Both the position numbers and the translations under genes were made by a program. This document shows positions 49,634 to 61,830 of a stretch of 64,000 nucleotides of DNA, piece by piece (within the stretch, counting starts at the first letter, position 1; every line of letters begins with the position of its first letter). The stretch lies in contig SMSO01000035.1 of the NCBI GenBank assembly GCA_004764695.1, positions 2,294,001 to 2,358,000 of the forward strand. The letters are read 5' to 3'. Below the pieces are notes generated by a model. That model did not search any database. It was not told the DNA's origin and saw only the letters and a list, made by a program, of their open reading frames with translations. The stretch is from Schizochytrium sp. TIO01 (lineage: Eukaryota; Protista; Bigyra: Labyrinthulomycetes).

Positions 49634-52600
49634 ATGGAGTCGATGATGGCGATAGCTGGGAAGAAGTCCTTGCGACTGCGACTCTCGACGAGGCTAAGCG
49701 AGGCGACTGTGCGACAGATTGAGCTCTCGACGAGGTTCAAGACAAAGGAGATTCGAAAATTGCATCAACAATTTCAGCAGATTGCAGATCGAGACGGCAA
49801 ATTAGGCCAGGATGGATTTCGACAGAGCATGGGTATTCTAGGAATGGTGCAGGACAGCATCCTGTGCCAAAGGTTATTCTCGGTTTTCAATAAATCTGGC
49901 ACAGGCTTTATCACTTTTGAAGAATTCGCAATTGGTCTGGGTGTTTTGGTTAAAGGCAGCGTAGACGAGAAGCTTGAGTTTGCATTTGCAATGACCGACA
50001 TTGACGGATCTGGCGAAATCACGCTGGGAGAGCTGGAGATCACAGTGGACTCGATCATGCGTATTTACAGTGGCATTATGGGAAGCGTGAACATCGCAAC
50101 GCTTGATAAAACCAAGATTCGCAAAATGTTTAACCAGCTAGACCGCAACCGCGACGGCATGATCACACTTGATGAGTACAAACGAGGAATGAAGCAGCAC
50201 CCTGAATTCGTCGCAAGCCTTCGGGGCTCGGACCTCTTTACTGTTGGCCAGAACAACATCATCAAAGAAGGTCAGAGTCGAGTGCGTAGATACAGACGTG
50301 TCTGTCGTAGCGTTATGCTTGACGTCAATGAAGCCATACAGCTGCTGGATGCTATTTCTGTGGGTCTTAGCAGCGCAGATATCAGTGACGATGAGAATGC
50401 ACGACAAGCTGCAGCGAGGATCTCTGGTCTCCAAGGGGTTCCAATTACGTCGGGCAATCACCATGAGATGGGAAGCCCGCGGGATAGTATAGCCAGCGAG
50501 AGTACTCTGATGTCGAGCGAAATTGATACTGATTGGGAGGAGTCTGACGGGGTTGATGATGAAGACGAAGAGTTTGAGGATGACGAAACAGAGGATCTCG
50601 AGACCAGAAAAGAGACCCTGAAAAGCTCTAGTTTAGCAAGTTCTAATTATCACAGCGGCACGGATGCACAAGCTAAAGTCGAACGTCAGGGAAGCCAGGA
50701 GACGAATGTGTCTTCTACATCTTCGCTTCACGGAAATGGAGCATCATATATATCAGCAACGAAGACCACCTCAACATCGACCACATCTATGAAGACAATA
50801 ACTTCGGCTTCTCAGGTTCAGCAAACTGAGACGGCTACCACATCTACTCCACTTACTAATGTTACAGCAACTACAACGTCTAGCTTAAACCCTTCTACAA
50901 TTTCAAGACAAAACAGTTCTGCACAACAACGAAATGCAAGCTACGAGTCTCTGAAAACACAGGGATCGTTGGAACCCACGCAATCTCACATCCGTCCTAT
51001 TTCAGAGAAACCTGTGCAACCACTACCACTGGAATCACCAAGTGGTACGGAGCTTATTCCTCTTGATGATCGCCTTATGAGCGTCTTGCTTACTATTCAA
51101 GCCAAGATGCAAGCTGTACTCGACGATACTAACTCCAAAAAGAAGAGAAGAATGACGCCGTCTCAATCCAGCGATGCCAATTCGTCTGTGGCTGTACCTC
51201 CTGGTATGAGCACATTGCAATCCCGTGACGGCAGCGTTTCGCGTGCTTGCAGTGCTGCGGAATTAACGGGGCATAGTTTACAGCATTCGCAAAGTGGAGA
51301 AGCAAGTATTCCCGGTATTGTCGGTGAGACACGTCAGGCAAGATCCTCTACGGAGTCCGAGATTACGACCAAAAAACGGGATTTCGTCGTTGACCAGAAC
51401 TTAATCCGTGAAACGCTCTTGAACAGCCCTGTAGCAGGAACAACACGCAGACCCCGGTGGTCCAAAAAGAAACACAGCAGTCGCGTATCTACTAGTAGTA
51501 GCACGCACCATGACACCGACTGTTGTGTGGAGGAGGAAGAAGATGATGACGAAAGTTTCGATGATGATGATGACAATGAAGATGGCTCAAATAGCCACAT
51601 TGACGATGCAGTTCTCGGGAAATATTTAGCTTCAGCGCAAAAGGGCTCCACCGTGTTTTTCGGACACAAAAATTGGGACCTTGTCATTAATGTTATGAAA
51701 GGTATCCAAATGGCTGTCGGCAGGTCAGCAGCTGAGTCTGCACGCCCACTTAATCAGGTCGACTTCAGTGTTAAGGAGAAATACACGCTGGTTGCTGGGT
51801 CCAAACTCGGGAAACACTCCTCTTCAAAAAGCCTTGGAATGAAGGATATTGATAGTGATCGTTCCGGAAGATCTTGTCGCTTTGTTGATTATGCACCCGT
51901 TGTGTATTGTAAGTTGCGTGAACATTTTGGTATTGGCAATGAAGACTATGTACATTCAATTGGCCCGGGGAACATGCTTAGTAATTTAATGCTTGGAAGT
52001 CTTTCATCTCTAGCAGAACTTGGGTCTGAGGGCAAATCAGGCTCATTCTTTTACTTTACATCAGATGGCCGTTTTATGGTCAAGACAGTACATAAGGATG
52101 AGCACAAGCTACTCCGCACCATCCTTCCTCAATATTATTATCACATGACAAGGGTTGGCAGCGCTGATTCTCTCTTATGCCGTATTGTAGGCAGTCATGT
52201 TGTAAGATTGAGTAAAAACAGCAAAATTGGAGCCAACAAGATTTATTTTGTAGTTATGACCAACATGATGCACACTGAGCTTAAAATCGACCTGCGATTT
52301 GACCTAAAGGGCTCCTGGGTGGGTCGTAAGGAAGGCGAAGCGGCCCGCAAGCATGCAAAGTCGACACTGAAAGATGTTGATTTTCGAGAAATGGACCAGA
52401 AAATTCGCATCGGTGCTGAACGCAAAAGCAAGCTCATGGAAGCTTTGCGACGTGACGCTGCTTTCCTTGAGGACAAACACATCATTGATTATAGTCTTCT
52501 TCTTGGTATCCATAAACGGACACAAGAAGAAAATGCATCAAATGCAGCTGGTTTATCTAGCGCACAATCTGCTGTCTCATCGCGTTCATCCGCGACAAAT

Positions 52601-52906
52601 TTGTATGGCCGTCATGGTTCACTCGCCTCCTCCTCCGCTGATGGCGAAGAGGGAGATGAAATTGATGAAGATGGTACTCAGCAGAATATACCTTTTTTCC
52701 AGGAAGATGATGGCGGCATGTGCTCAGAGGACGGCTCTGAGACATATGTCATGGGTGTTATCGACTTTTTTACGCAGTACACCTCTCGCAAGGTCGTAGA
52801 ACGCTTCGGTAAAGGCTTTGTATACTCGCGTGATGGCATTTCTGTAGCTCCGCCACACAAATATGCGAAACGATTTGTCGACTTCATGGATAAGAGTATT
52901 GAATAA
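49634..52906 (+). CDS. NCS/calcineurin-B-like EF-hand domain fused to phosphatidylinositol-phosphate 5-kinase (PIP5K)
   Basis: EF hands NKSGTGFITFEE, DIDGSGEITLGE and DRNRDGMITLDE. PIP5K motifs DYAP, GKSGSFFYFTSDGRFMVKT, FDLKGS, LKD, DYSLLLG, GVID. Confidence 0.92.
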   Translation: MESMMAIAGKKSLRLRLSTRLSEATVRQIELSTRFKTKEIRKLHQQFQQIADRDGKLGQDGFRQSMGILGMVQDSILCQRLFSVFNKSGTGFITFEEFAIGLGVLVKGSVDEKLEFAFAMTDIDGSGEITLGELEITVDSIMRIYSGIMGSVNIATLDKTKIRKMFNQLDRNRDGMITLDEYKRGMKQHPEFVASLRGSDLFTVGQNNIIKEGQSRVRRYRRVCRSVMLDVNEAIQLLDAISVGLSSADISDDENARQAAARISGLQGVPITSGNHHEMGSPRDSIASESTLMSSEIDTDWEESDGVDDEDEEFEDDETEDLETRKETLKSSSLASSNYHSGTDAQAKVERQGSQETNVSSTSSLHGNGASYISATKTTSTSTTSMKTITSASQVQQTETATTSTPLTNVTATTTSSLNPSTISRQNSSAQQRNASYESLKTQGSLEPTQSHIRPISEKPVQPLPLESPSGTELIPLDDRLMSVLLTIQAKMQAVLDDTNSKKKRRMTPSQSSDANSSVAVPPGMSTLQSRDGSVSRACSAAELTGHSLQHSQSGEASIPGIVGETRQARSSTESEITTKKRDFVVDQNLIRETLLNSPVAGTTRRPRWSKKKHSSRVSTSSSTHHDTDCCVEEEEDDDESFDDDDDNEDGSNSHIDDAVLGKYLASAQKGSTVFFGHKNWDLVINVMKGIQMAVGRSAAESARPLNQVDFSVKEKYTLVAGSKLGKHSSSKSLGMKDIDSDRSGRSCRFVDYAPVVYCKLREHFGIGNEDYVHSIGPGNMLSNLMLGSLSSLAELGSEGKSGSFFYFTSDGRFMVKTVHKDEHKLLRTILPQYYYHMTRVGSADSLLCRIVGSHVVRLSKNSKIGANKIYFVVMTNMMHTELKIDLRFDLKGSWVGRKEGEAARKHAKSTLKDVDFREMDQKIRIGAERKSKLMEALRRDAAFLEDKHIIDYSLLLGIHKRTQEENASNAAGLSSAQSAVSSRSSATNLYGRHGSLASSSADGEEGDEIDEDGTQQNIPFFQEDDGGMCSEDGSETYVMGVIDFFTQYTSRKVVERFGKGFVYSRDGISVAPPHKYAKRFVDFMDKSIE

Positions 52907-53769
52907 CTTGTATCCAAATTCTGCTACAAAAGCATTATTTCGTTTATGGTCTGTGAAAGTGTTCGAAAGTCTAACCCAATGTTTTTGTTTTTAATCATCA
53001 GATAGAATATTCTTGACATCTATTTCTACTACTAGCTCCATCAACACTACTAAATATAGAAAATCGTTTTTGTGTGTAGAATATACAACATATTATGTTT
53101 TGACTTATAATATGGTTCATTTTGAGCACGCTTGTGTACTTCCTCCTAAGTATATCAATACTCTCGAATTGCATAGTCGAAACAGTTACGTCCGACACAT
53201 CCATGTATCAAGAACAAAGCAATACTCAAGACAAATGACTTGAGTAATCACCAGGAGGATACGACGTAAGAATCCTTATTTATTTGTTAAGTGCAACTTC
53301 TCTTACTGTCTGTTATCTATCATAGCAAAGAATTGTTTAAAGGGCTGTTCTTTTACGTATGTTTTGGTATGTGTTTTTTGTTTTTTCTTCAAAGTTCACG
53401 AGAGAAGTCGCAAAGAAAAGGCTAGTAAGACCAAGTCAAGCTTAAAAGTTGGTCAAATGTTTGTCATATGCTGAATTCTTTAGCGAGGCTGGCACGAGGC
53501 AAAAACTCCAGTATGCCTCTATTTCCGGCGCACACGAAAATACAAAGCATTGAGCAACCAGGCGCGGTTGCGCTGCTGAAGAGTCTCGCAGTTAAAGGGA
53601 AAAGATACAGCTCATGGGATTGACTGGTATGTATGATGGCATTTGATGCACGCCTTGTCTAGTGGACAATCGACAATATAGAAAATGCAAGAAGACATTT
53701 TGCCCCTTTTTCTCAACCAGACAAGTGTCATGCATCGTCGCTGAGGAGTAGTAGAGCAGCTCATATAGC

Positions 53770-54806
53770 TTAAAACTGTGCGTTCTGTGTCATGATGATA
53801 CCCACAATGAGGCCGAAAATACCAAGAGCACTACCGAAAATCTCAACAATGAGAATCTTCACAAAGAGAGACGGGTTCTGGGCATCTGCAAGAGCGCATC
53901 CACTACCGGAGATGCCAACAGTGATACCACTCGCAAGATTAGTCGCTCCGACAGCAAACCCAGCCCAGAAGATAGCGTATCCAGAATAGAACAGCGAAGG
54001 GCAGATAGCCGCAGGAGTTTTGTCACTGGCTCCGACACGAATGTCCTCCACCTTACCCTGAAGGATGATGGCGATAATGACGCCAAAAATGGCAGTTGCC
54101 TCACAGAAAATAACACTCACCAAGTTCTTCGACTTGATGCGCGGTGCCTTGACCGCAGCACCCACAAGAGTGGCTCCAGTGATCCAAATGCCCCTGTTTT
54201 TGCAAAGAAAAATAAAAAGTGTGAGTGAATTGAACTACGAGCAAGAATTAAGACCGGTCTTTGAACAAAGTCGAAACACTTACCAAGCAGCACCAAGCAC
54301 CGAAAGACCCAAGGCCATTGCAATTCCAAGGGAAGACCAAGTGTACGGGGAAATGTTCAGAAAGATATCCGGCCAGTCTGTGACATTAAACAGCGCAGCA
54401 AAAAACCATTTGATTTGCAAATTTGACCAAAGCAGAATGTCAGTTTCCCTCGTCTTAGTTGCTAACCCCGTGATCTCGAGAAATGATTTCCTAAAAGCAG
54501 AGAATATCCATTCAGGAAGTACATAACCCATCCAAGTCAAATTTACAAGCGTCCAAAAAACAAAGAGTGTAAAGTAGATGCCATGAGCATGCATGAAAAG
54601 ATCTTGTCACCCAAGGTCACCAAACCAAAACATGAACACAAACGACCATGAGCAAAGCCATGTATTTATACCTCAAATCAAAGCCATATAATCTGAGTGA
54701 ACGTACCGCCAGAATCCCATCCTTGGGGAGTGTTCGAGGTGCCAAAGCAGGTGTAGTTGACGAAGCCACCGCCGCCGGCCTCCGCGTAAAAGGGGGTGTT
54801 TACCAT
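53770..54806 (-). CDS. VMA16: V-type ATPase V0 proteolipid subunit c'' (21 kDa); 3 exons, join(54806..54707,54377..54284,54193..53770)
   Basis: GT-AG introns 54706-54378 and 54283-54194 keep the frame, giving LSVLGAAWGI. Also KNLVSVIFCEATAIFG and LFVKILIVEIFGSA. Confidence 0.92.
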
Positions 54807-56304
54807 AGTCCCAGGTAGTTTTGAGCCTCCAACAGACAGAGAGAAAAAGTATTGAGCTTGAGCAGCTACGACGCAGCACTCCAAAAGCTTTTAGAGTGAG
54901 AGTCGAAAACTATCGAACAACCGAGAGAATGAACGACCAAACGAGCTAATCTAGGAGGCTCACCACACACGAGGAGAGCTCTCGAGAGAAGTGGTAGATG
55001 GAAACGCGGAGATTGTTGCACCGCAAAGGTCGTCCTGACTGCGAAGTCGCGGAGCAGGCGCGCGCTCGGATCGAGGATTGACGTGGAGTAGACAATGAGC
55101 GAGCTAGCTATCAACATGACAGCGGAAAACACCACCTTAAACTTAATCCTTAGAGTCACAAAGGGAAAATTAAGGTGAAATCTATCAACCGAGGGGTTGA
55201 TAACAGTTAAAATAAAGTGGTGGCCGGTCGCGCTCAGCTCAGGATATGAAGATTTGATTTATTTCATTATTTTTATTAAAAGTGTTTGCAAAGAAAGCAA
55301 GCATGTCTACAGAATGGACCAGCGGATCATGAGGGACTGTCGGATATACAGCAAGAACTCGAAGGATTTTAGAAAGCCCTAGATTGGATTTTTGTAAGAC
55401 CACTGGAAAGGAATGATGGTCTCCATAAAGAAAGATTTTGCCCACGGCATCTTAAGTTGGGAGCAATGCCTAACGGCTACTATGTGTTCATAAACAACAT
55501 GAAATACGATCATAATTAAAACTCAAATTAAGCTCAAAGATTAAATTCATTGCGCAAGACTGTGGGTATAACTTGTTTCAAGTGGATGCAAAGACATCTT
55601 GCAAGATAGAAAAATAAAGAAAGATGTTGGGCTCCATGAACTGCTGGCTTTTTCAATCGAACCATAGTTTAAATTTTGCAGCTGAAGATGCCAGTGAGCT
55701 TTAAAAGCTCACAGCAGTTTATATCGCGTGCATCTTGCTTTTACTTGATGAGCAAAGACTAGTTTGCGTGTTCATTCTGCAGTTCCTAAGGTGAATCAGT
55801 TCACACACGACTCGTTGTATCAGTCATCTCCTTCATTTACGTCCTTTGGTTTTATTTTTATTCTCTGAAAAGAATATCGAGAGTTATATTTTATACAATG
55901 CCCGGCAAACGTTTGGAGCTAGCAGAATATTGCAATTAAAACAATAAATGCATCCGCAAAGTGTGGTGTTCTCTTTTGCCACGTCTAGAATCATCAAACA
56001 GAGTACACATTGCCCCAACTTCGGTTCAATAATGAAGTATCAATATTATTTTATGAGTCCCCTTTTTTAAATGTTTTATTTACATTTTTATTTTTATTTT
56101 TGAGAAAACAAAATCACAATACTAATTTTATTATTAGTATTTAAATAATCAACTAAATTAAAATATTGAATACTACTAGTAGTTGTTCTACTTGAACAAC
56201 TTTTCTCTTTTTTTAATGAAAGAGTAAAGAGTAAATTGAGAATCCCAAAAGCAAATCCTCAATGCCAATTCTGTGAAAGGTAGCAAGCAAGCCTTAAGAG
56301 CACG

Positions 56305-56817
56305 ATGGAGCCCATTCGAGTTCAAGAAATTCTCAACGCCAGCTTTGGAAAAGGAAGGAACCCAGCTGTTCAGTTGCTTCAGGGCAGTATCGTTGACGTG
56401 AAGGTGCCGTCTTTGCCACCTGAAGACGGTAGCGATGGGAGAACCATCTGCATGAGGTTTAGAACGGACAGACAATTCGAAGAAGTCGAAGGTAGCGGCA
56501 CTACACAGTCGGGCGTGGCAGCAGCAATCTTGGATGCAGTATGTGCCAATGCAGTCGTGCTGCACTCAGGCCTGCGCCAGACTGTGGCTACTTTGGAGCA
56601 ACAGTGCAGTTTTCTTGAAGCAATACCGTCGGACCGTGACCTTTATGCAACAGCCATACTTCTGCGCATGAGCAAAAAGTTTGCATTTTTAAAAGCGGAA
56701 CTACGTCTTGATGATCCCGAGAGAGGCGTCCTAATTGCCAAGAGTACGCAGACGAACAGCTTGCTTGCACTGCCAGAGCCCAAAGCTAACAAGACGAACA
56801 AGCATGCCAAACTTTAG
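56305..56817 (+). CDS. Hotdog-fold acyl-CoA thioesterase (PaaI/Them2-like) with PTS1 (AKL)
   Basis: GTTQSGVAAAILD resembles the HGG..A.L.D signature; hotdog strand pattern; C-terminal AKL. Confidence 0.78.
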   Translation: MEPIRVQEILNASFGKGRNPAVQLLQGSIVDVKVPSLPPEDGSDGRTICMRFRTDRQFEEVEGSGTTQSGVAAAILDAVCANAVVLHSGLRQTVATLEQQCSFLEAIPSDRDLYATAILLRMSKKFAFLKAELRLDDPERGVLIAKSTQTNSLLALPEPKANKTNKHAKL

Positions 56818-57683
56818 AAAAATGTTCGGGGGTTCTGTAGTATTAGCACATCGTTCAACATTATCCGTATTGTGCTGAATATACAAGAACTTATCAAAAG
56901 AACCTTATTGATATTGTCACACTCTAAAAAGCTTTAATTAAGTTATGAATCGTATCGGTTATCTCCCTGAAAATGGCTCATGGGTTCAAAAAATAAGAAA
57001 ACAAGAAGCATTTTAAAGATTTCATACAGGCCTCGCAGCAATATTAATCTGAACCTAGCTTGGTGCATACATTTCCTTTTAGCGAGAGAGGAAAACTAGG
57101 ATTATGATCCTGAAAATTGATATATTTACAGGAAAAGGCTTTCAGAAAGATAAGAAATAAATATCTAAAATAAGTACAGTTGAAACCTAAGCATAGCTAA
57201 AAATATCCATGAATTCACTCTGACCATAGATGAAAACGGTATGCAATAATCGGGAATGTGCCCTTCAACTAATAACAAAGCTTGCATAAAACTGAAATCT
57301 TCTTTATTCTCCGCCATAAATTAAAGATGAAGACAAGGTCCTAATCAGTGCAGTCCAATAATAAAAGTTCTTACAAACAGTATAATACGTACATAATAAA
57401 ACCAGAGAATCCTGTGATTCTGTCTATCACAATACCACTACTCGATACCTATCTCAAGTGGGCCAAACCTCGCCTCTGTGTTTTGGCTTAGGGTACCTAC
57501 TTACAAATTTGTAATTTTGGATCGTTCTTGGAACAGTCTGTGCACAGTCAAAGAACCATCGCGAAGTCGTCGATTGTCAACTGTGGCGTCAATAAAATTA
57601 ATGCAATTGCAGTCCATGCATCGCCGCAAATCCTATATTCTACGAAGCGAGAACTGTGATTACCAAGCACAAGCTCTGCAGGG

Positions 57684-59522
57684 ATGGCGTCAAAGGAGAA
57701 ACGCAACATCTTTGATCTACTAGCCAGTGGGACAGTGGCTCTTTCCGAGCAAACCTCATTGGAGGCGTCTGAAGTGGACGACAGCCTCGATGCTCACGAC
57801 GTGACCTTGGCAGCGTCTCCTCCGATCGCTCCTGAAGCCGATGCTTCCTTACAGGCAGGATCTTTAAGTGCAGAAACTGTGGTCGAACTAGGATCAACTT
57901 CGTGCAAAACGTGCGGTCTCCGATTTGACGATCTTAAGGCGCAGAGGGAGCATTTCAAAACTGATCTGCATAGACTCAACCTGAAACGGAGGTCCGCAAA
58001 CAAAGCGCCGCTCTCCGAGACCGAAGCTGAAGCAGCTCTCGATGCTCTCGATGCAGAATCTCTTTCTGGATCGGAGTCCGAAGAGGAGTCTGACAGAGAA
58101 GATTTGCTCGAAGAGAGTGCTGAAAAGAATGCATCTCGAGATGATGCTGCCGTGCGTCGTGAAGAAGCTTCGATGATGGTGGGCCTCAAGCTCCTCGACT
58201 CTAACCCTGTTAAACTCGCGTGGGTTCCTGCGGCCGTGGCGCTAGATCGCAAAAGAGAAGAGGCTGATCTTTTGCCTCTGAAGGAGAAGCCATTATGGCT
58301 GATTTTGCTTCACGGCGCAGGCCATTTTGCAGGCGTGGTGCTGAAGAATGGGCGCACTGTGGTTGCGAGCAAGTCATTTCACAGATACGTAATTCGTGCC
58401 AAACAAGGCAAAGCCCAAAGTGCAAACGATAATGCAAAGGGAAATGCAAAGAGTGCAGGCGCTCATATCCGCCGCCATAATGAGCAGATGCTGAAGACTG
58501 AAATTGGAGAACTCTTGGAGAGCTGGACCTCGCACATCAAAGCCTGTAGTCGCGTGTTCGTTTCAATCTCCAAGACAAATCAACATATCTTCTTCGGCAA
58601 TGATAGTGTACTCTCGTCCAAGGACCCAAGGATCCGTCGCATTCCTTTTCCTGTTCGTCGGCCGACTGTCAAAGGAGCCACGGAAGTTGGTCAGCGGCTC
58701 GCGACTGCTCTGGTAGAGTCAGAGACAGAGTACCTCGAACGGAAGGTGCAAAGTGAGGAAAAGAAGAAGCTCGAAGCAGAGCGCATCAAAGCACAAAAGT
58801 TGCGCGCACTTCAAGGGAAACAAGCACCGCCTGACGCACAAAATGAGGAACAAGAAGAGGTTGAAGAACCTGAAGATCCGGCGCTTTTGACCATGCTTCT
58901 AGAGGCTTGCAAGGCTGGAGATCTTGCAACTGTAATTATGAGTATTGGACAGGATGCAGAAGTGATCAACTTGCCAAGCCGTCGGCAAGAATGGAAGGGC
59001 GGTGCAGCTCTTCATGTAGCAGCCAGAGCTGGGCATCAAGATTTGGTACGCTTATTGCTTGAAAACGGCGCAAGCCCAACTCTGCCAGACTTGCGAGGCT
59101 GCCTCCCTTATATGGCTGTCGAGGAATCGAAGGCTTGTCGTGAAGTTTTTAGAAGGTACCGCGGTGAGCATCCTGATAAATGGGACTACAGCAGAAGTGG
59201 AATTCCCGAGGCCATCACTGATGAATCCGAGGCAGCACGAAAAGAAAAGCAGAAGGAAAAAAAGAAGAAACAAACTCAGCGGAAGAAAGAGCAAAAGGCG
59301 AAGGATCGTAAGCGTCAGGAAGAAGCTGAGAAGAAGAAGGCAGCCGAGGAAGCAGCCATTTTGGCGAATGCTCCGTCTTGCGATATGTGCCAGAAGAAGC
59401 TCTCTGGTAAATCCTCCGACTGGTTCAATCGCCTTGACTTTTATTATTGCTCTCCGGAGTGTATGCAAGGGCACCGACGCAAGCTGCAAGCAGAAGCCGC
59501 TCTTGCTCGGATGGGCCGATGA
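57684..59522 (+). CDS. VMS1: Vms1/ANKZF1 ribosome-quality-control tRNA endonuclease
   Basis: C2H2 finger (CKTC...HFKTDLHRLNLKR), VLRF1 domain (GHFAG, SFHRYVIRAKQGKAQS, SAGAHIRRHNE), ankyrin repeat, coiled coil and C-terminal Cys cluster. Confidence 0.93.
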   Translation: MASKEKRNIFDLLASGTVALSEQTSLEASEVDDSLDAHDVTLAASPPIAPEADASLQAGSLSAETVVELGSTSCKTCGLRFDDLKAQREHFKTDLHRLNLKRRSANKAPLSETEAEAALDALDAESLSGSESEEESDREDLLEESAEKNASRDDAAVRREEASMMVGLKLLDSNPVKLAWVPAAVALDRKREEADLLPLKEKPLWLILLHGAGHFAGVVLKNGRTVVASKSFHRYVIRAKQGKAQSANDNAKGNAKSAGAHIRRHNEQMLKTEIGELLESWTSHIKACSRVFVSISKTNQHIFFGNDSVLSSKDPRIRRIPFPVRRPTVKGATEVGQRLATALVESETEYLERKVQSEEKKKLEAERIKAQKLRALQGKQAPPDAQNEEQEEVEEPEDPALLTMLLEACKAGDLATVIMSIGQDAEVINLPSRRQEWKGGAALHVAARAGHQDLVRLLLENGASPTLPDLRGCLPYMAVEESKACREVFRRYRGEHPDKWDYSRSGIPEAITDESEAARKEKQKEKKKKQTQRKKEQKAKDRKRQEEAEKKKAAEEAAILANAPSCDMCQKKLSGKSSDWFNRLDFYYCSPECMQGHRRKLQAEAALARMGR

Positions 59523-60181
59523 TGTTGTAGAGATTATGAATAACCTATTAAACTTCCCTTTGCAAAGACGAAAATGTATGAGTTTGAGCTTGCACTGCCA
59601 TAGCAGAGTTCAATCATCATATTTTTTTTAACATCTGTAGTAAAACGCAAGAATCCATCTTTTCTACATCTAGAAAAGACAGAATGATGAATGTCCCCGT
59701 TTTCCTCAACAGTCCAAAGCACAAAGCTCCTCTTCTAAGACCACTTGAAGTCTTACCTTACTATGCATGTTTCTATCTAATACTACCCTTTCATAGTTCG
59801 CTCTTTCTGTCTTTCAACGATTGACTCTATTCATTCTTTCTTTTCCCCTTTTCAAATGAAAAAAACATTCATACCAACAACAATGCAAATATAGATCCGT
59901 TGCATATAAGATCGTAGGTAATATTCTATCATGGTCCTCTAGTTCTCTTCATGTATTTCTCAAACCTTGCAGTATAATGCAGACTCATGTGTCTAGAATA
60001 AGGTGTGCAAACTCAAGTAACACATGTGCCAGAGCAACTGCAATAGGCTACACCATCGTCTGATTAAGAAAGGTAGGTCCCTTGCAGACCTTGTGGCCTG
60101 CAAAGGTGTCTCTGTACAGAGTCTTGGCTTGTGGAGCACGCAGACAATCATCAGCTCGGCATATCGTTGTGTATCAGCATA

Positions 60182-61291
60182 ATGGAGTACAACAATGCTG
60201 GCAATCGTGGCTGCCTTATTGGCAACTGGATTGAAGAGCGCGATCTCCTCGAGGCAAGTGAAGAGGCTCGTAAAAACATCCTGTCCCATGGTGTAAAAGA
60301 ACCTGTGCACAAGTTCTCCGTAACGCAGCAAGTGCTTCGTGAAGGACGCCCTCGTGCAAAACGCGATCCACGCAGTCACTCATCAGGTCCTCGTCAGAGC
60401 CTTCTCGAGGCACGATTTCTCGAAGAGGCCCAACGGGAAGAAGAGGCTAAGCAAGAAGAGCGATACCAAAAAACAATTGCCCCGCCTGACTTCAGGTCTA
60501 CTTCAGGATTCATTTATGGCCAGAGGGATGATATGCGCCCAATTCAATATGAACAAAAATCAGATCGCGAAAGTCATGCCTCACTTGACTTTGCCTGCCC
60601 TATCTCGGTTTACACACAGCGGCTTGTTGAAGGAAGCTTTTTTGTCACTCCAGTTACCAACTCCAACCCATTTGCAAGGAACACTGGCTTCTCAAATGAA
60701 GTCCATGCTGCAGATAAGTACCACCTCAATGCAGAAGATGGTAACGATCATAGCTTAAAAATGATTATTGGCCGTAGTACGAAGGCTGCAAATGGCGCTC
60801 ATCTTGTTCAGAGGCAGCTCCTCAAGCGCGTGCAAGATTATTTGCATACCTCTGTTATTTCACCTAATCATGTACATGAGATTGTTGCTGCTCATGTCTC
60901 TAGTCATCGAGTCACAGAAACACAAGTTTGTCTCATTTTGCGAAAGCTCAATGTCCCTTTGACTGATCGAGAGTGCCTTTCCTTGGCAGATTTCTGCCTT
61001 GGCCAATATCCGGATGAGCTCGTTTGTGCACTTTTAGGCCAGCAAGATGACTCTACAAACTCTACTAGAGGACCTGAATCCCCGCACCTATCAAGCAAAG
61101 ATGCTACGTTCTATAAGGCAATTGTAGTTCGTGCAAAGAGCCCAACTCAGGAGGCTGTAGAATTCGGTGTGCCGCGTAAGCTACTGGCGCAACCTCTTTC
61201 ATTCCCTCAAGATATTCCTGTTGTTAAGGCAATTTTGAGAAAGCAAGGTATTGTTGCAGCTCGTGTGCTCTCCTTGACGTCTTTATCTTAA
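60182..61291 (+). CDS. Putative ciliary microtubule inner protein, SPAG8/CFAP143-like
   Basis: N-terminal LIGNWIEER (NWE motif) and PFARNTGFS motif. First ATG at 60182. Confidence 0.6.
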   Translation: MEYNNAGNRGCLIGNWIEERDLLEASEEARKNILSHGVKEPVHKFSVTQQVLREGRPRAKRDPRSHSSGPRQSLLEARFLEEAQREEEAKQEERYQKTIAPPDFRSTSGFIYGQRDDMRPIQYEQKSDRESHASLDFACPISVYTQRLVEGSFFVTPVTNSNPFARNTGFSNEVHAADKYHLNAEDGNDHSLKMIIGRSTKAANGAHLVQRQLLKRVQDYLHTSVISPNHVHEIVAAHVSSHRVTETQVCLILRKLNVPLTDRECLSLADFCLGQYPDELVCALLGQQDDSTNSTRGPESPHLSSKDATFYKAIVVRAKSPTQEAVEFGVPRKLLAQPLSFPQDIPVVKAILRKQGIVAARVLSLTSLS

Positions 61292-61830
61292 AATGACATG
61301 GAAAAAAGAATAAATATATAACCTAGATAAACGGATTAACTTCTAGCAAACCATTTTGGTATTGGCCACAAAGACTGTGATTTATATAAACATATAACCC
61401 AACATTTAGTTCGGGTCTATTTTGACCAGATCTTTTCGATAGCAGTATTCGATGTCTTGAAGTCTGAGCTCTTCAGCTTGGTTTTAAGCAAAATTGTATA
61501 TATAATGAACTTAGCAAAACATTCTCCAATAATATTTATAATAGAGTAGGTATTTGAATACAGCGACTATATTAGGGGATTTTCAATCTGTAAAGGCCTT
61601 TCTCCCTATAACTAAAGGTGTTAAAGGGTCCGTAGATCGTTGGTAGTCTTTCTTTGTTCGAAATTGTTTACCTTGGAAAATAATTTGCAAAAAAGACTTA
61701 GATTCACATATTGCCCGCAATTTAAGAAAATTTGGGCCAGGAAAGTATTAGGGCGATAACATTCCAAAAATGGTCATTGAAAGAAATGATCTCGAAAGTA
61801 GTTGTTCTATATAAATCCACCCCCCCAAAA

